A DNA stretch of 64,000 nt, taken from assembly GCA_002811645.1 (NCBI GenBank), contig PDIP01000069.1:18618-82617 (forward strand), given 5' to 3'. The position numbers and the translations under genes were made by a program. This stretch comes from Corallochytrium limacisporum Hawaii. Its lineage: Eukaryota > Protista > Pluriformea. The notes below the pieces were generated by a model. That model did not search any database. It was given only the letters and a program-made list of their open reading frames with translations, and had not been told where the DNA came from. This document shows, piece by piece, positions 53,637 to 64,000 of the stretch (positions are counted from its first letter, which is position 1; every line of letters starts with the position of its first letter).

Positions 53637-54190
53637 GGAGAAGAGAACAAGGACAACGTCTCGCCATCATCACACTAAATATCATCCATAAATATATCCT
53701 TAATCTTGACTATGACACGTCCTCTTCATTGCCGCCATTGCTGTAGATTCTTAGTTGGATCTGGCAGGGATCCCGAATAGATTCGGAGAGCACGACTGCA
53801 GGATACACTAGTAGAGAGAGGGGTAGAGGCCCCGTTTTAGACGTCTTCTTCACAGAATGTCTCGAGGGTGTACATGAAAGGATGAAGATCTCTATTTTGA
53901 AACGACGCATTGAGGGGAACGGGATCATGGCCTCGAATGGTGCTTTGAACTACGCACTATTGCCCACTATCGCTTTCCCATGCCGCGTACGGGCGAAAAC
54001 GAATGTCTGGGCGGACGCAGACCAAGTTATCGCAGTAAAGCATCATCATATCCTTGATCCTTCCCCTAGTATGTGTCATCTCGATCGTTGGAATTTGACT
54101 GCTTGATCACTTCGCTCACTTAAGGCAGTCACTGTGTCGTCATCGAGCAACATGTCTTCTCGACTGTCTGTTTCACTTCAGAGGTAGCGA

Positions 54191-54228
54191 TGCATGTGCA
54201 TGTGCATGTGTATGTGCATGTGCATGTG
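54191..54228. repeat. (TGCATG)n hexamer microsatellite
   Basis: Directly visible, about 6 units with one variant. Confidence 0.9.
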
Positions 54229-57200
54229 AAGGGTCTCTGAAGCCACTAGTGTCCGTTTAGGTCATTGACAGTCGCTTTGCCCGCGCCCAAACCACAATTC
54301 CGGCTGAAGTGACAAAAGTACCCCCGACGGTAATGGCAGCAGTGATAGTTCAAACGAACGGCACACTCAACTCCTTTCTCCAACTCAAACGCACTGCGCG
54401 GGCCAGCACCCAGCCATGACCGGCTTTAGATTTAAGCCCCCCAATTTTGATGATGGTATGGGCGGGCACATGACGATGAGGGGTCAGACTGACGCAGAAT
54501 CGGACGTGCTGTGGAGTCGGCACAGCCCTGACGATACTTCTCGGGACATTCTACAACTCCAAGGAAATACATGAGAGATAACCGAGAGATGGGCGGTGCG
54601 GAGGTCAGGGCACAGGTCAGGGCTCAGTTTCAAAACCTACCATGACCCAATGCAGCGCTCAACACCGTCTGGATGCTTAGGCCTCTCCAGCCAGCAAGGA
54701 GGGTCAGAGGAGGCTGTTTTCTGACTTCGTTTCCTCCTGGCGAATGTATACTATATACCCCCACCTCTTCCTCCCCGAAGCGTAAGCCGTGCAACCATCA
54801 CCTAATCGTCATCAGAGGTGGTCGCCGCGCGCACGGTATGAGCTTATCAAACATTGCACAAGATCCGGTTGTCGGTCCGTTGCTGGGAAAGGATCGCACA
54901 TTCAAGCCTTGAATGCGAGCAAGGCGGTTTCGTGGTACGGAAATTAAATCTGTGCCATTTTTTGCTGGAAATCTTGCTGGGGGGGGGGGTGCTAATGACA
55001 GAGCGCACGGGCGCGCGCTTACAAGGGATATTGTTCTGCCATTTGCGGACGTGAGTTTACTCTGTTCGTGTAACCTGGACCCAACGACAGCAGTCTGAGG
55101 TAAAATTCGCTAATATTCGTTTTGTTGCTCACACTTCGTACTGAATACCGTGATGGTGGGTAGCCAATGTATACTAGGTCTCCTTTCACCTGTTGCCCCT
55201 CACACCCCGCCCTCCTCCCCTGGCTCCCCCCTCCTTTCTCCTTGGCTGCCAACGACAAGAGAGACGCGTGATCATGCGAAATACGCCCTAAACACACCAT
55301 CGACATCATCTGAAGGGCAGGGTTTGAACATCATAGAGAATAACACGTTTCCTAAATCTATTGTTCCATTGCTCTTGCGCATGTGCTGTGTGAACAGTAC
55401 GGAGGGCCAAACGCACACCCTTCCGAAGCGAGGCTTTCATCCACGTAAGGAGAGTTCCAGCATGCACATTGACATGTTGCAGGGTCTTCGATCTCGTGGA
55501 TCGTCAATCCTTCGAAGGTCGATCCATGGACCACCAATTAATCACACAGATATTCATAGCAAACAAACAGCGCTCTTCCTAAGTTTCAATGAACACCTCA
55601 GGAAAGTGCATGTTCAAGTGTGTGCGGCCTCGTCCGAGCTCAGGCCCATACAGCCATTTGCCTCGCTTGCTCTTGAGTCTTCGATTTTCTCCGCATAGTT
55701 AACAACGAAAATGAGCAATCCAACTCACATCTCATGAGCCCAGCCATGTCCACGAGCACGAAAACAGAAGCAACTGGAGCTGTGACCTCATCGCACAGCC
55801 CAAGATGCGGGAAAGCAAAAGCAAAGGGGCTTCCGCGCTGGCAGTAAATCAATGAATCTATTCAGTGCGGGCCTCTCGCATTGTACGGCACAAGAAATTA
55901 TGAAAGCAAATTTTCAGAAGTATTGGGTCATCGATACTTGTAAAATTAGCAAAGTGGTGACTGAAATGCTCAACGGAATGGGAGCCTCCGTGTGCAATTG
56001 ATCGCCATCTACCGCACACTACGGGTCCCACACTGCAACCCAAGGATTGAGAGACCGAGTCGGTAAGAATGCCCCTTGGTATTCTATGGGGTTTCAGTGG
56101 TAAAACTACGAACCGCCGACACAGGCATGCCCATCAATCAGCAGCTTCGTTCTAATCCGTCCAAGATACCAACATCAAGACACACACCGACGGGCATCAT
56201 CGACACCGAAGAAAACATCAAACAGGGGCCCGGAGTAGCAAAGTTACCATCTCTCCTATCCGTTAACGGCAATTACGCTTCACCGAAATATCGTTAACGG
56301 CAATTCATCCACTTTCAACAGCGGATGTTTGGACAGTGCAGATGGTTTTCAAAGCTCAACAATCTGAAGGGGATGAACGTTCACAAACTGCGAATGGACC
56401 GACCATTCATCAAACCATATAGAACCCCGTCTTGACGCTTTCGCGCCACTGCTACACCAACTTTCTCTTGCGCACGTGCATCCCAACTACTTTATCACAG
56501 CTCACAACTGGAAGACACGGACATACACGATCATGCATCTGATGATGGCCATGGTGTATCTTATGGAGACCTAGAAGACTAATGATAAAGAGAGTTGGAA
56601 AGCGGGAAATAGAAGGTGTGCACCGGACACATAGAAAGAAGTGAACGGGCCCTTCCAGCAACCTACGGACAGACCGGCTCCAAAAATTAGAAAAATCAAA
56701 TGCCGTTAGGGGAAGGAAATTTAGTCCATTGTAAATTTATGGCGAGACTCGCACCCAAATATAGCATGTTGGCTTTGTTTTCCCTTCCTCTTTTAGAACT
56801 CCCTGTCCCGTGGGTAAGTTGGTGTCAGGTACTCTGAGGTGCCTCCACCGGGGGCACTCCAGAGCCGCGGTGGCGCACAGTCACACAAGAGCGCCTATAG
56901 AGGGCGAAGGAGAAAAAAACAGAGAGACACAGAGGGTGAGATTGGACACAGAGCAAATACACGCGGCAGAAGCTAGCGGACACGGATTAAGGGACATGAG
57001 AGATCAACAGCTCGGTAGAAGAGAAGTGGACACAGGAAGAAATCGCGGGAGTGAGCACCTCTTAAAGGAAAGCGGCTTTTAAAGTAGTACTTGTGTATGA
57101 CGTGCTCATTCAGAGGCTATTGTTGGCTGCCCAGCTGTCCTCGCAGTCCCCAACATCTACAAAGCACCGAAAGTAAAGTGATACGCATTGTTCCAGACAT

Positions 57201-60200
57201 TCATCCTCTGCTTCCCAGGAACCAAAGGACGCGTATAGGTTTAGCATGCTAAGTTTAATCAAAGAAGCATCTCTCGAATCAAGTGACAACAGACAATTGT
57301 CCGCGGAGGTAAAGTTCAAAATTCTATATTATCCTCTATCCTTTCGCTACTGGCGCTGTGTTGAAACGGCGTTTAAACTGTGCAGGTATTTGACACCAAA
57401 GGGGACACAAGGATGGTCGACACAATGGACAACCCTCGAGATTCTCTACATCTCTTTGTAGGTCGCACAGAACGATTGCCTCTCGCCGCCGTGTGAGGGT
57501 TCGCTGTTACACTATCTCTACCAGCCAAACCGAAGAAGCGGGGTTGGCTTGCTCCGAAGGACATGGAATGGCCATGTGTGCGATACAAATGCTGATCAAA
57601 GGGACATAGGTGACAGTCTTTCCTGAGTATGAGTAATGGAATCATTGGAAAGTGTACACGGTTCGAATTTCACCATTCTCGTCGCTGAAGGAACTGTTTC
57701 TGTGGGTCTTGGAAAAGGAAGCGGTTTGGAAGGACCCGCACATTGTAGCGGTCGGCCTCTTGCGTGCTCGATCGGTGGATGGTTAAGCATTGTGCCATTT
57801 TTCTTCCTTTTTTTTCATTTTTTTTTCTTTTGGGTAGTCCCATGAACCGTGAATGGAGCGCCTCACGCGCCTCGCGGGCAATTTTCGGACCAGAACCAGA
57901 CCACCATCTCCTTAAGAGCCATGGCAAGAAGGACATCTTTTACACACGCTCTAGATGGACGATGGAAGTATGCCGAGCATATTTTGCAGGACTTGATCGA
58001 TTACTAGCACAAATAAATACCGTAGAAATTTTTCCTTCGGTTTTGTAGGCCGTTGCTATCTGTTAGTTATCGCCTCCGCGATTCAGTTCTGTTCCAAAGT
58101 AACCGTCATCAATTCCGGTCCTTTGCAAATGATAAATTCCTTCCCAATACCACCTCCTCATATATTGACGTGAAATGACGAATATACAATCGATCTCTGT
58201 CTTCGGGACCGTGCAGTGTGTGAGACCGGCCAGGCCAGGGGCGAGCAGTCCCAGTGTTTTCTAAATATTTGCGGACCCTTGCCTCCAGTGAGCCAGCACT
58301 CCTTGCGCAGGAAGTGGGTCAGCGTGCAACGTAGTGACAGACCAGAATGATCATACGGTAGGGCGAGACAGAATATACTGCAGATCCGAGATGGCCATCA
58401 AGTTAAACATACACACACCACTACTACATCAGCGGTTGTACAAGAAAACAGAAGGTAGGCCACCACTAATTGCATAGCGCTTTGAAACCGCACAGTTCTA
58501 CCCTCAGTTGAGGCACCTGCAGGTGCGCCTGCATCGCAGTTGTGTGTTCCATCTGTACGCCGTCACAAAGGGATGTGTTCACCTGGTCCCAACCTTACAG
58601 CCACGAGAATCTTCAAGAATAGCCAAGCCTGGCAAGGTCCATTGCTGACTGGACGGACACACAAGGACAAAGAGTGCTATAGAATGTGAGAACTAATGAG
58701 ACCTTTCCTTGCAGTATGGCGTTAACAACTGGACTCTCCAGGCCGAGTAGCTGCTGGTGTGTGCATATTTTTGGCAACAAATTCATGGGTGAGTGAGCGA
58801 CCAAGAGTCACACCACGACCGCCTACTAATGCTCAGGGTCCTTAATTACTTCTTGTTCAACGGCACACACGCATGCATGTGCCCATTCGATCTGCCTCCA
58901 AGCCCAGCTGGACATACCCCAGGAGTTTTCGATATCCGAACAAGGGCAACCTTTCGTTCCGACAGGCCCCCCCAGTCCGATCTTACGGCTCTCAATGTGC
59001 AGGATTGTGTTGCATCTCACATGCATGCTAGTTCGATTCATTCGACGAACTTCTCTTACTTCTTGCTGGCTGCTGGATGGTCAGACCCATGCACCAACAC
59101 TGTCTCCTTCAAACCGTGAAGGATCGACCGTCTAGGGCACTCACTCAACAGCATAGCAATTATCGCCAAAGCACGTCTCACCGGTTTAAAGGTGTGTACC
59201 AGATGCGTATTGATAGACCCCTCCTTCGCAGACGTTTTGTTGGTCTTGGACTTTTTTTCACAGCGCTTCGGGTATCTAATACCCAAGGCGCGGTTTCTCA
59301 AGGCAACATTCTCTGGAAGCCAATCAGATGGGTTGACGACTACGGTAACACGGTGCCGCATGAGGCAGGGCAGTCAGTCTTTGTGTGTTCTCTTTTGCTG
59401 GAGCTGCGCACTGAAAGGCTTCGAGGGCGACATTAAGTTTTTGCTCGCCCGTAGGGGGGGGGACCTGCCCAGCCACCCACGGCAAGCAAATGTAGCCGTT
59501 CATCCTCCGCAGGCGCAAAAGTCGACAAGATAATTCTGAATCGGTGGGGTGATGTGTAAGTTGTCTGAGAACGTTGGGGTAAGTCATACAGCTGATCGTC
59601 TCCACAGTTCCGGGGCTGGTAAGAACTAAAATCACTTGCTTTCCGTAGCGAGCCAAAACACAAGAAACCAAGGCGGTTAACTAACGCCCCAGAACCTGAA
59701 AATGTCTCCGCAAAACAAGAGATAGACGTCGACGGGCAAGGGATGCGTCATTATCAGCATCCCAGTCAGGATGTGATGAATAACGAAAAACACTCCACAC
59801 ACACACGCACAGAGAGAGAGAAAAAATATTGCCACCCGCATTCTCCCACCTAAGTAAAAAACTCACACATTCTCAGTGACCCGCCTGTCCGGGGAATGGG
59901 GAAGGGAGGGAGAGGAGGAGAGAATGTTTTTATTTTGCTTCTTTTTTTTTTTATAGGAATTTCACAATGTCTACCCGGGCCCGTCGCTTTCTTCGTCGTT
60001 AACGAAGGCCAGGATCTTTACCCGCAGACAAGCGACGAAAACCCAAAAAAGAAAACAGAAAACAAAGGAGGAGGCTTGATTCGTGCGTCCTACGCCTGCT
60101 GCCGGTGCAAGAGTTGCGACGGATAGAGCGAGAGAGAGAGAGAGAGGAAGAATTCGCAAAGCAAAATTACCAAACTATCCTCCCGGGTAAGCGGGGTGAG

Positions 60201-61172
60201 TGACAACGACGATTCCCCCTTAGCCCGCAGAGATGGGTGAGCTCGTTCAGGCGAAAGCAAAATCCCAGACCTTATCTATACACCTTTTATACGGTTTGTT
60301 TTGCTGTTGAAATTTTGCCATTGCTTTCCTGCACTTCATTCCCACTCCCTTTCTTGTCCAACTCCCTTGGGCGCCGCGCGTCCAGGCACGAAAGGTCGGA
60401 TTCGTACTCTCTCCCATCATCGTTTAGCGGACATAGTAGTTGAAATTTTCACTTTCATGCACCTTCCCATACATTCCATGTCCACGTCCACAAAAAAAAC
60501 AAAAAAAAGGAAAATACCCAATTTTAAGTTTCTTTTTAGTTTTTTTTTTCCTTCTCGCCCTCCCCCTTCTCCAACCGAGGAGGGGAGTGCTTATCCCCTT
60601 GATTCTTGTTCTCTCTCTATTGCCTCTCATTCGTTCCAGCCAGAACACAGCTGGGGCAGACGAATTGGAAAAAGAAAAAAGAAAGGGAGGTGGGCAAAAA
60701 TAACTGCAAGCTTGCCGTCTCCCCTTCCCCCTCCCCCTTCCTTCTCCAGGGGAAGGGACCCCACTCCTCCCGTAGAAAAGAAACCCACAAAGAAGAAAAG
60801 AAAAAAATAAACGAACCGCGAGGGACCTTATATGCGACCATAGTCAGTACCCCAACATTCATGAGACTTTGTGAAACAACCATCATTGATCCACGGTCAT
60901 ATTCTCCGATTTTTTTTAAAACTTTGTGGTTGAGCGGGGTTTCCTCTGCCTGCGGCAGATTGAAAGGTACTTCTTATAGCCAAAGAACAGGGGAATCTGG
61001 TTAGAAAGATGGTGGTGGGATTGTTTATCCTTTCAAACTTTCCGTTTATCTTCAACCGCCTACCTCCACTATTTTACCCACCGTGCTTCTGTTTTTTTGG
61101 GGGGGGGCAAGGAAAGATTGGGTGTCGGGGGTAGGGTAGGGAAGTCGGAGTCGGAGATTAAGGGCGAGTTTT

Positions 61173-61174
<2 letters not shown>

Positions 61175-61231
<57 letters not shown>

Positions 61232-61305
61232 CCACAGAGAGCAAAAAAAAAGAGAGAGAGAGAGAGAGCGCGAGAGAGAGAGAGAGAGAGAGCGAGAGCG
61301 AGAGA
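61175..61305. repeat. Compound microsatellite, (GT) about 26 units followed by interrupted (AG)n
   Basis: GT run 61175-61226; AG run 61251-61305. Confidence 0.97.
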
Positions 61306-64000
61306 TAGACACCCTCCCTCGGGGTCCACTACCTCTCTCTCTCTTTGAGCCAAAGGAAAAGTTCTTGCGAGAGACTGAAAACAGATTTTTTTCTTCAGTT
61401 GACTATCTGCCAGCGCTTCAAATGGTGGCAGTATGGTGTTGGAAAGGACGAAGAAAAAGTCGAGTTGTTGCGGTGCGGGGGCTGTGTTAATGGAAGGAAG
61501 CGCCGTCTAACCGATTTCAGTGGGCGGCACGGTTTGGCAACCCCAAGCTCAGGGTGCGGTGGCCGGTCTTCGCATCAGAGCATGATGGCTCATCCATTTG
61601 TTATTCTTCGTTTTCGTAGACTATTTTGGTTGTTGTTATGGTCTCTAAAGTAGGGAGACCATGTGTCGGTGTACACGGGTGTGGAAAGAGGGGGTGAAGG
61701 GCTCGACGATGCCAACGAGGTATGAACAAAGTCTTCACTGACAATCAATACACATCGACCTACCAACTCTTACTAATTCATGCTCCCACTACCAATCCTA
61801 TACCCCCAGGCCATTGACCAATGGTGTGGTCCGTGGGTATACAGTGCGCAACAAAAATGGAAGTGACACGTACGACAGTGGCATCAGAATGTATCCTCAG
61901 TGGATATGCGCGTGTGGTGCGGTTCAACAAAGTGTGTCAACGGAGACGGTCATCGACACAACACAATTCCATCCGTCACCACCATAATGGAATCTATCTC
62001 TCGCTCTCTCTCTCTCTCTCTCGGGTCGAAAGCTGGATGGCGTGCGCGCACCACCACACCCAAGCATCTGGCACGAGCAATAGATATATTCACCGAATCC
62101 AAGATGCAATAGTAGTCATATGGCGTTCTTGGTAGTCCGCGTCTTGGTACCTGTCGACCATGCACTCCCATGGACCAATTTGCTGTCCTCCATGTCCCAG
62201 CATGGCTCCCGCTAAACTCCAGAAAACTCATGTGATTTGCTTCAACAAAATATCCAAAGTTGTCAATGCCAATACTAAACATCCGGCCCAAATGCGACCG
62301 CTTGTGGGAGAAAACCCCAGTCTCCTTTGTCATGGCAGCGAGGGCGGGTGACTTGACAGTCCCCTTGGCGAGGGGAAAGGATTCGAGGCGAGGAACCCCG
62401 GAAGGGGGGGGGGAAGCCAGGGCGATGGCCAGACACTGAAAGTCTTCGGATCACCCAGTTATCTTTCTTTCCATTTTGTTGAGGCGCCACTCTTTTTCCA
62501 CTAAAACAACTGCTGGTCAGACATCCTTCGAGAGTGTAGGCAGCATCACGAGCCACCGTAACAAGGACATGAGTAACAACGAAAAGCAGAGCGGATCAAG
62601 GCAAAGCCGAGCGGAGTGTGAGAGCGCGGGAGAAAGAGAGAGCCGAGGGGCGGGGGGACCCTCGCCTACCGCGGTGATTGTGCTGCGTGTGTGGTCTGCT
62701 ATTTTTCTGCGATGGGACCAAAAAATTGAAAGGCGCGGGCGGGAGGACAAGTGTGACAGCGAGGAGACTGCCGGCACTGATGTGACGACACACACACACG
62801 AGAAAGGAAGACGAAGGTGGGAGGCCGGTTAGCAAGAAAAGAAGGATTGGCAAATGCCAATCTTACTTTAACAGGACCGATCCATTGCCATTTTTCCTCT
62901 TTGCTGAATCTTAAAGGTTTGGTGAAAAAGGAAAGAAAACCAGAAAGAAAAGAATCTACACATCGTCATCGTCATCATTCTTCCTCCTTTTTATACGCTT
63001 TGGCTGCTGTGTTCTACTTTGTCTTCGGCTGCGCTCTAAAACATGGCTACGGCAGTGTTCTTTTCCTTTTTTTACTTTTCCTTGTCCGAACTCTTCCCCC
63101 ACTGGCTTTTATTCCTCCTTTTTTTTTTTACTTTTTACTTCGGTCCGCCTAAGCTTGCCTGAGATAGCGATCGTCATTCGTCATGGTGGTTGTTTCATTT
63201 GGAGGTTCAAGGCAAAGGATCACTGCAGCGGTGATGACAATGGCGAAAGAAGAGAGCCAGATGGCAATATTCACTGTACATCACAGTACATTAAGTATTG
63301 GAAAGAACAGCATAACGAACACGTAGAATTTGAACAGACCTGCTCTCGTACGGAGTCGTATCCAAGGCAGGAAAATGATTTTACCTTTCTTCCCCGATAT
63401 TTTTTCTTTGCTCTCTAGCTCCTGCTCACCCTCTAGACCATAGTTTTGTTTTTTCTTTTCGTTCTTTTCTTTTGTAAAGACTTCGGCCGCCATTGTTTCT
63501 CTTTTTTTTTAAAGGAAAAGGAAGGTTTGAAGCAGGGCACCTAAGAGAAGAAACCATCAGCGCGCATGAAAGCAAAAAAAAAGAGACAAGCACGGTCAGC
63601 AGCAAGTACAACAACAAACTGGAAAGCCAAACAAGCCAGAGTCTAGAGTCGTGGATGTCCGTGTCCTGCAGAGACGAGGTCTACTTCAGAGTCTCGGTGG
63701 GTGCGTCGCATGTGAATGCGTGTGCGTGTGTGTATATACGCGTGGGTTCTGTATTGGAAAGTGGGAAGACGAGAATGTGAAGAACCGGGGCGCCAGGGTT
63801 TTGGAGGGCATCGTGTGCGTCTGTGTGTCCTCCCCCCCCCCCCCTCTCTCCGCGCGGGCGAGGGGGGGGAGGGGGAAGTGAGAGAGAAAAAAAAAGAAGG
63901 GGGGGGGAAGCGACAGCGGTACCACCCTCTGTCTGGTATGTCAGGGTCAAAACTCCGAAAAACTTGACTCCCGAGGATCTTTTTCAATCTTGATTGTATA

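Noticed and set aside
57655-57680. GGTTCGAAT T-loop-like motif (also near 27873)
   Set aside because: No T-stem or cloverleaf; not a tRNA.
59077-59533. Overlapping 113-119 aa ORFs in the gene-free region (also 55150-55698 and 60301-60810)
   Set aside because: No recognisable motifs; mostly non-ATG starts or low-complexity translations.

Overview
Eukaryotic, gene-dense and almost intron-free window. It carries 15 protein-coding genes: UBE2J1-type E2, BTAF1/Mot1, TMEM19, SETD2/Set2, eIF4G, RPL17, an SDR, an LRR protein, a START-domain protein, a 26/29-kDa-type cathepsin L, a Spinster-like MFS, TMEM11, an ATP9/Neo1 flippase, NFX1, and a Vps62-like multi-TM protein. About 10 kb at the end has no recognisable gene. 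Animal-like genes combined with multi-kb intronless ORFs suggest an intron-poor unicellular holozoan; Corallochytrium is a candidate, by inference only. Four main observations. (1) The 1066-aa protein fuses a Vps62-like lumenal domain to a C-terminal tetraspan module carrying the four-cysteine loop signature of myelin proteolipid (PLP/DM20/M6) proteins. (2) The only well-supported intron (627 nt, START gene, missed by the ORF track) folds into a long nested hairpin that hides a candidate poison exon. (3) Upstream regions, but apparently not convergent intergenic regions, hold non-homologous nested hairpin islands. (4) All three assembly gaps lie in G/C-tract-rich divergent intergenic regions. 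All pairings and homologies were read by eye, with no folding or database searches.
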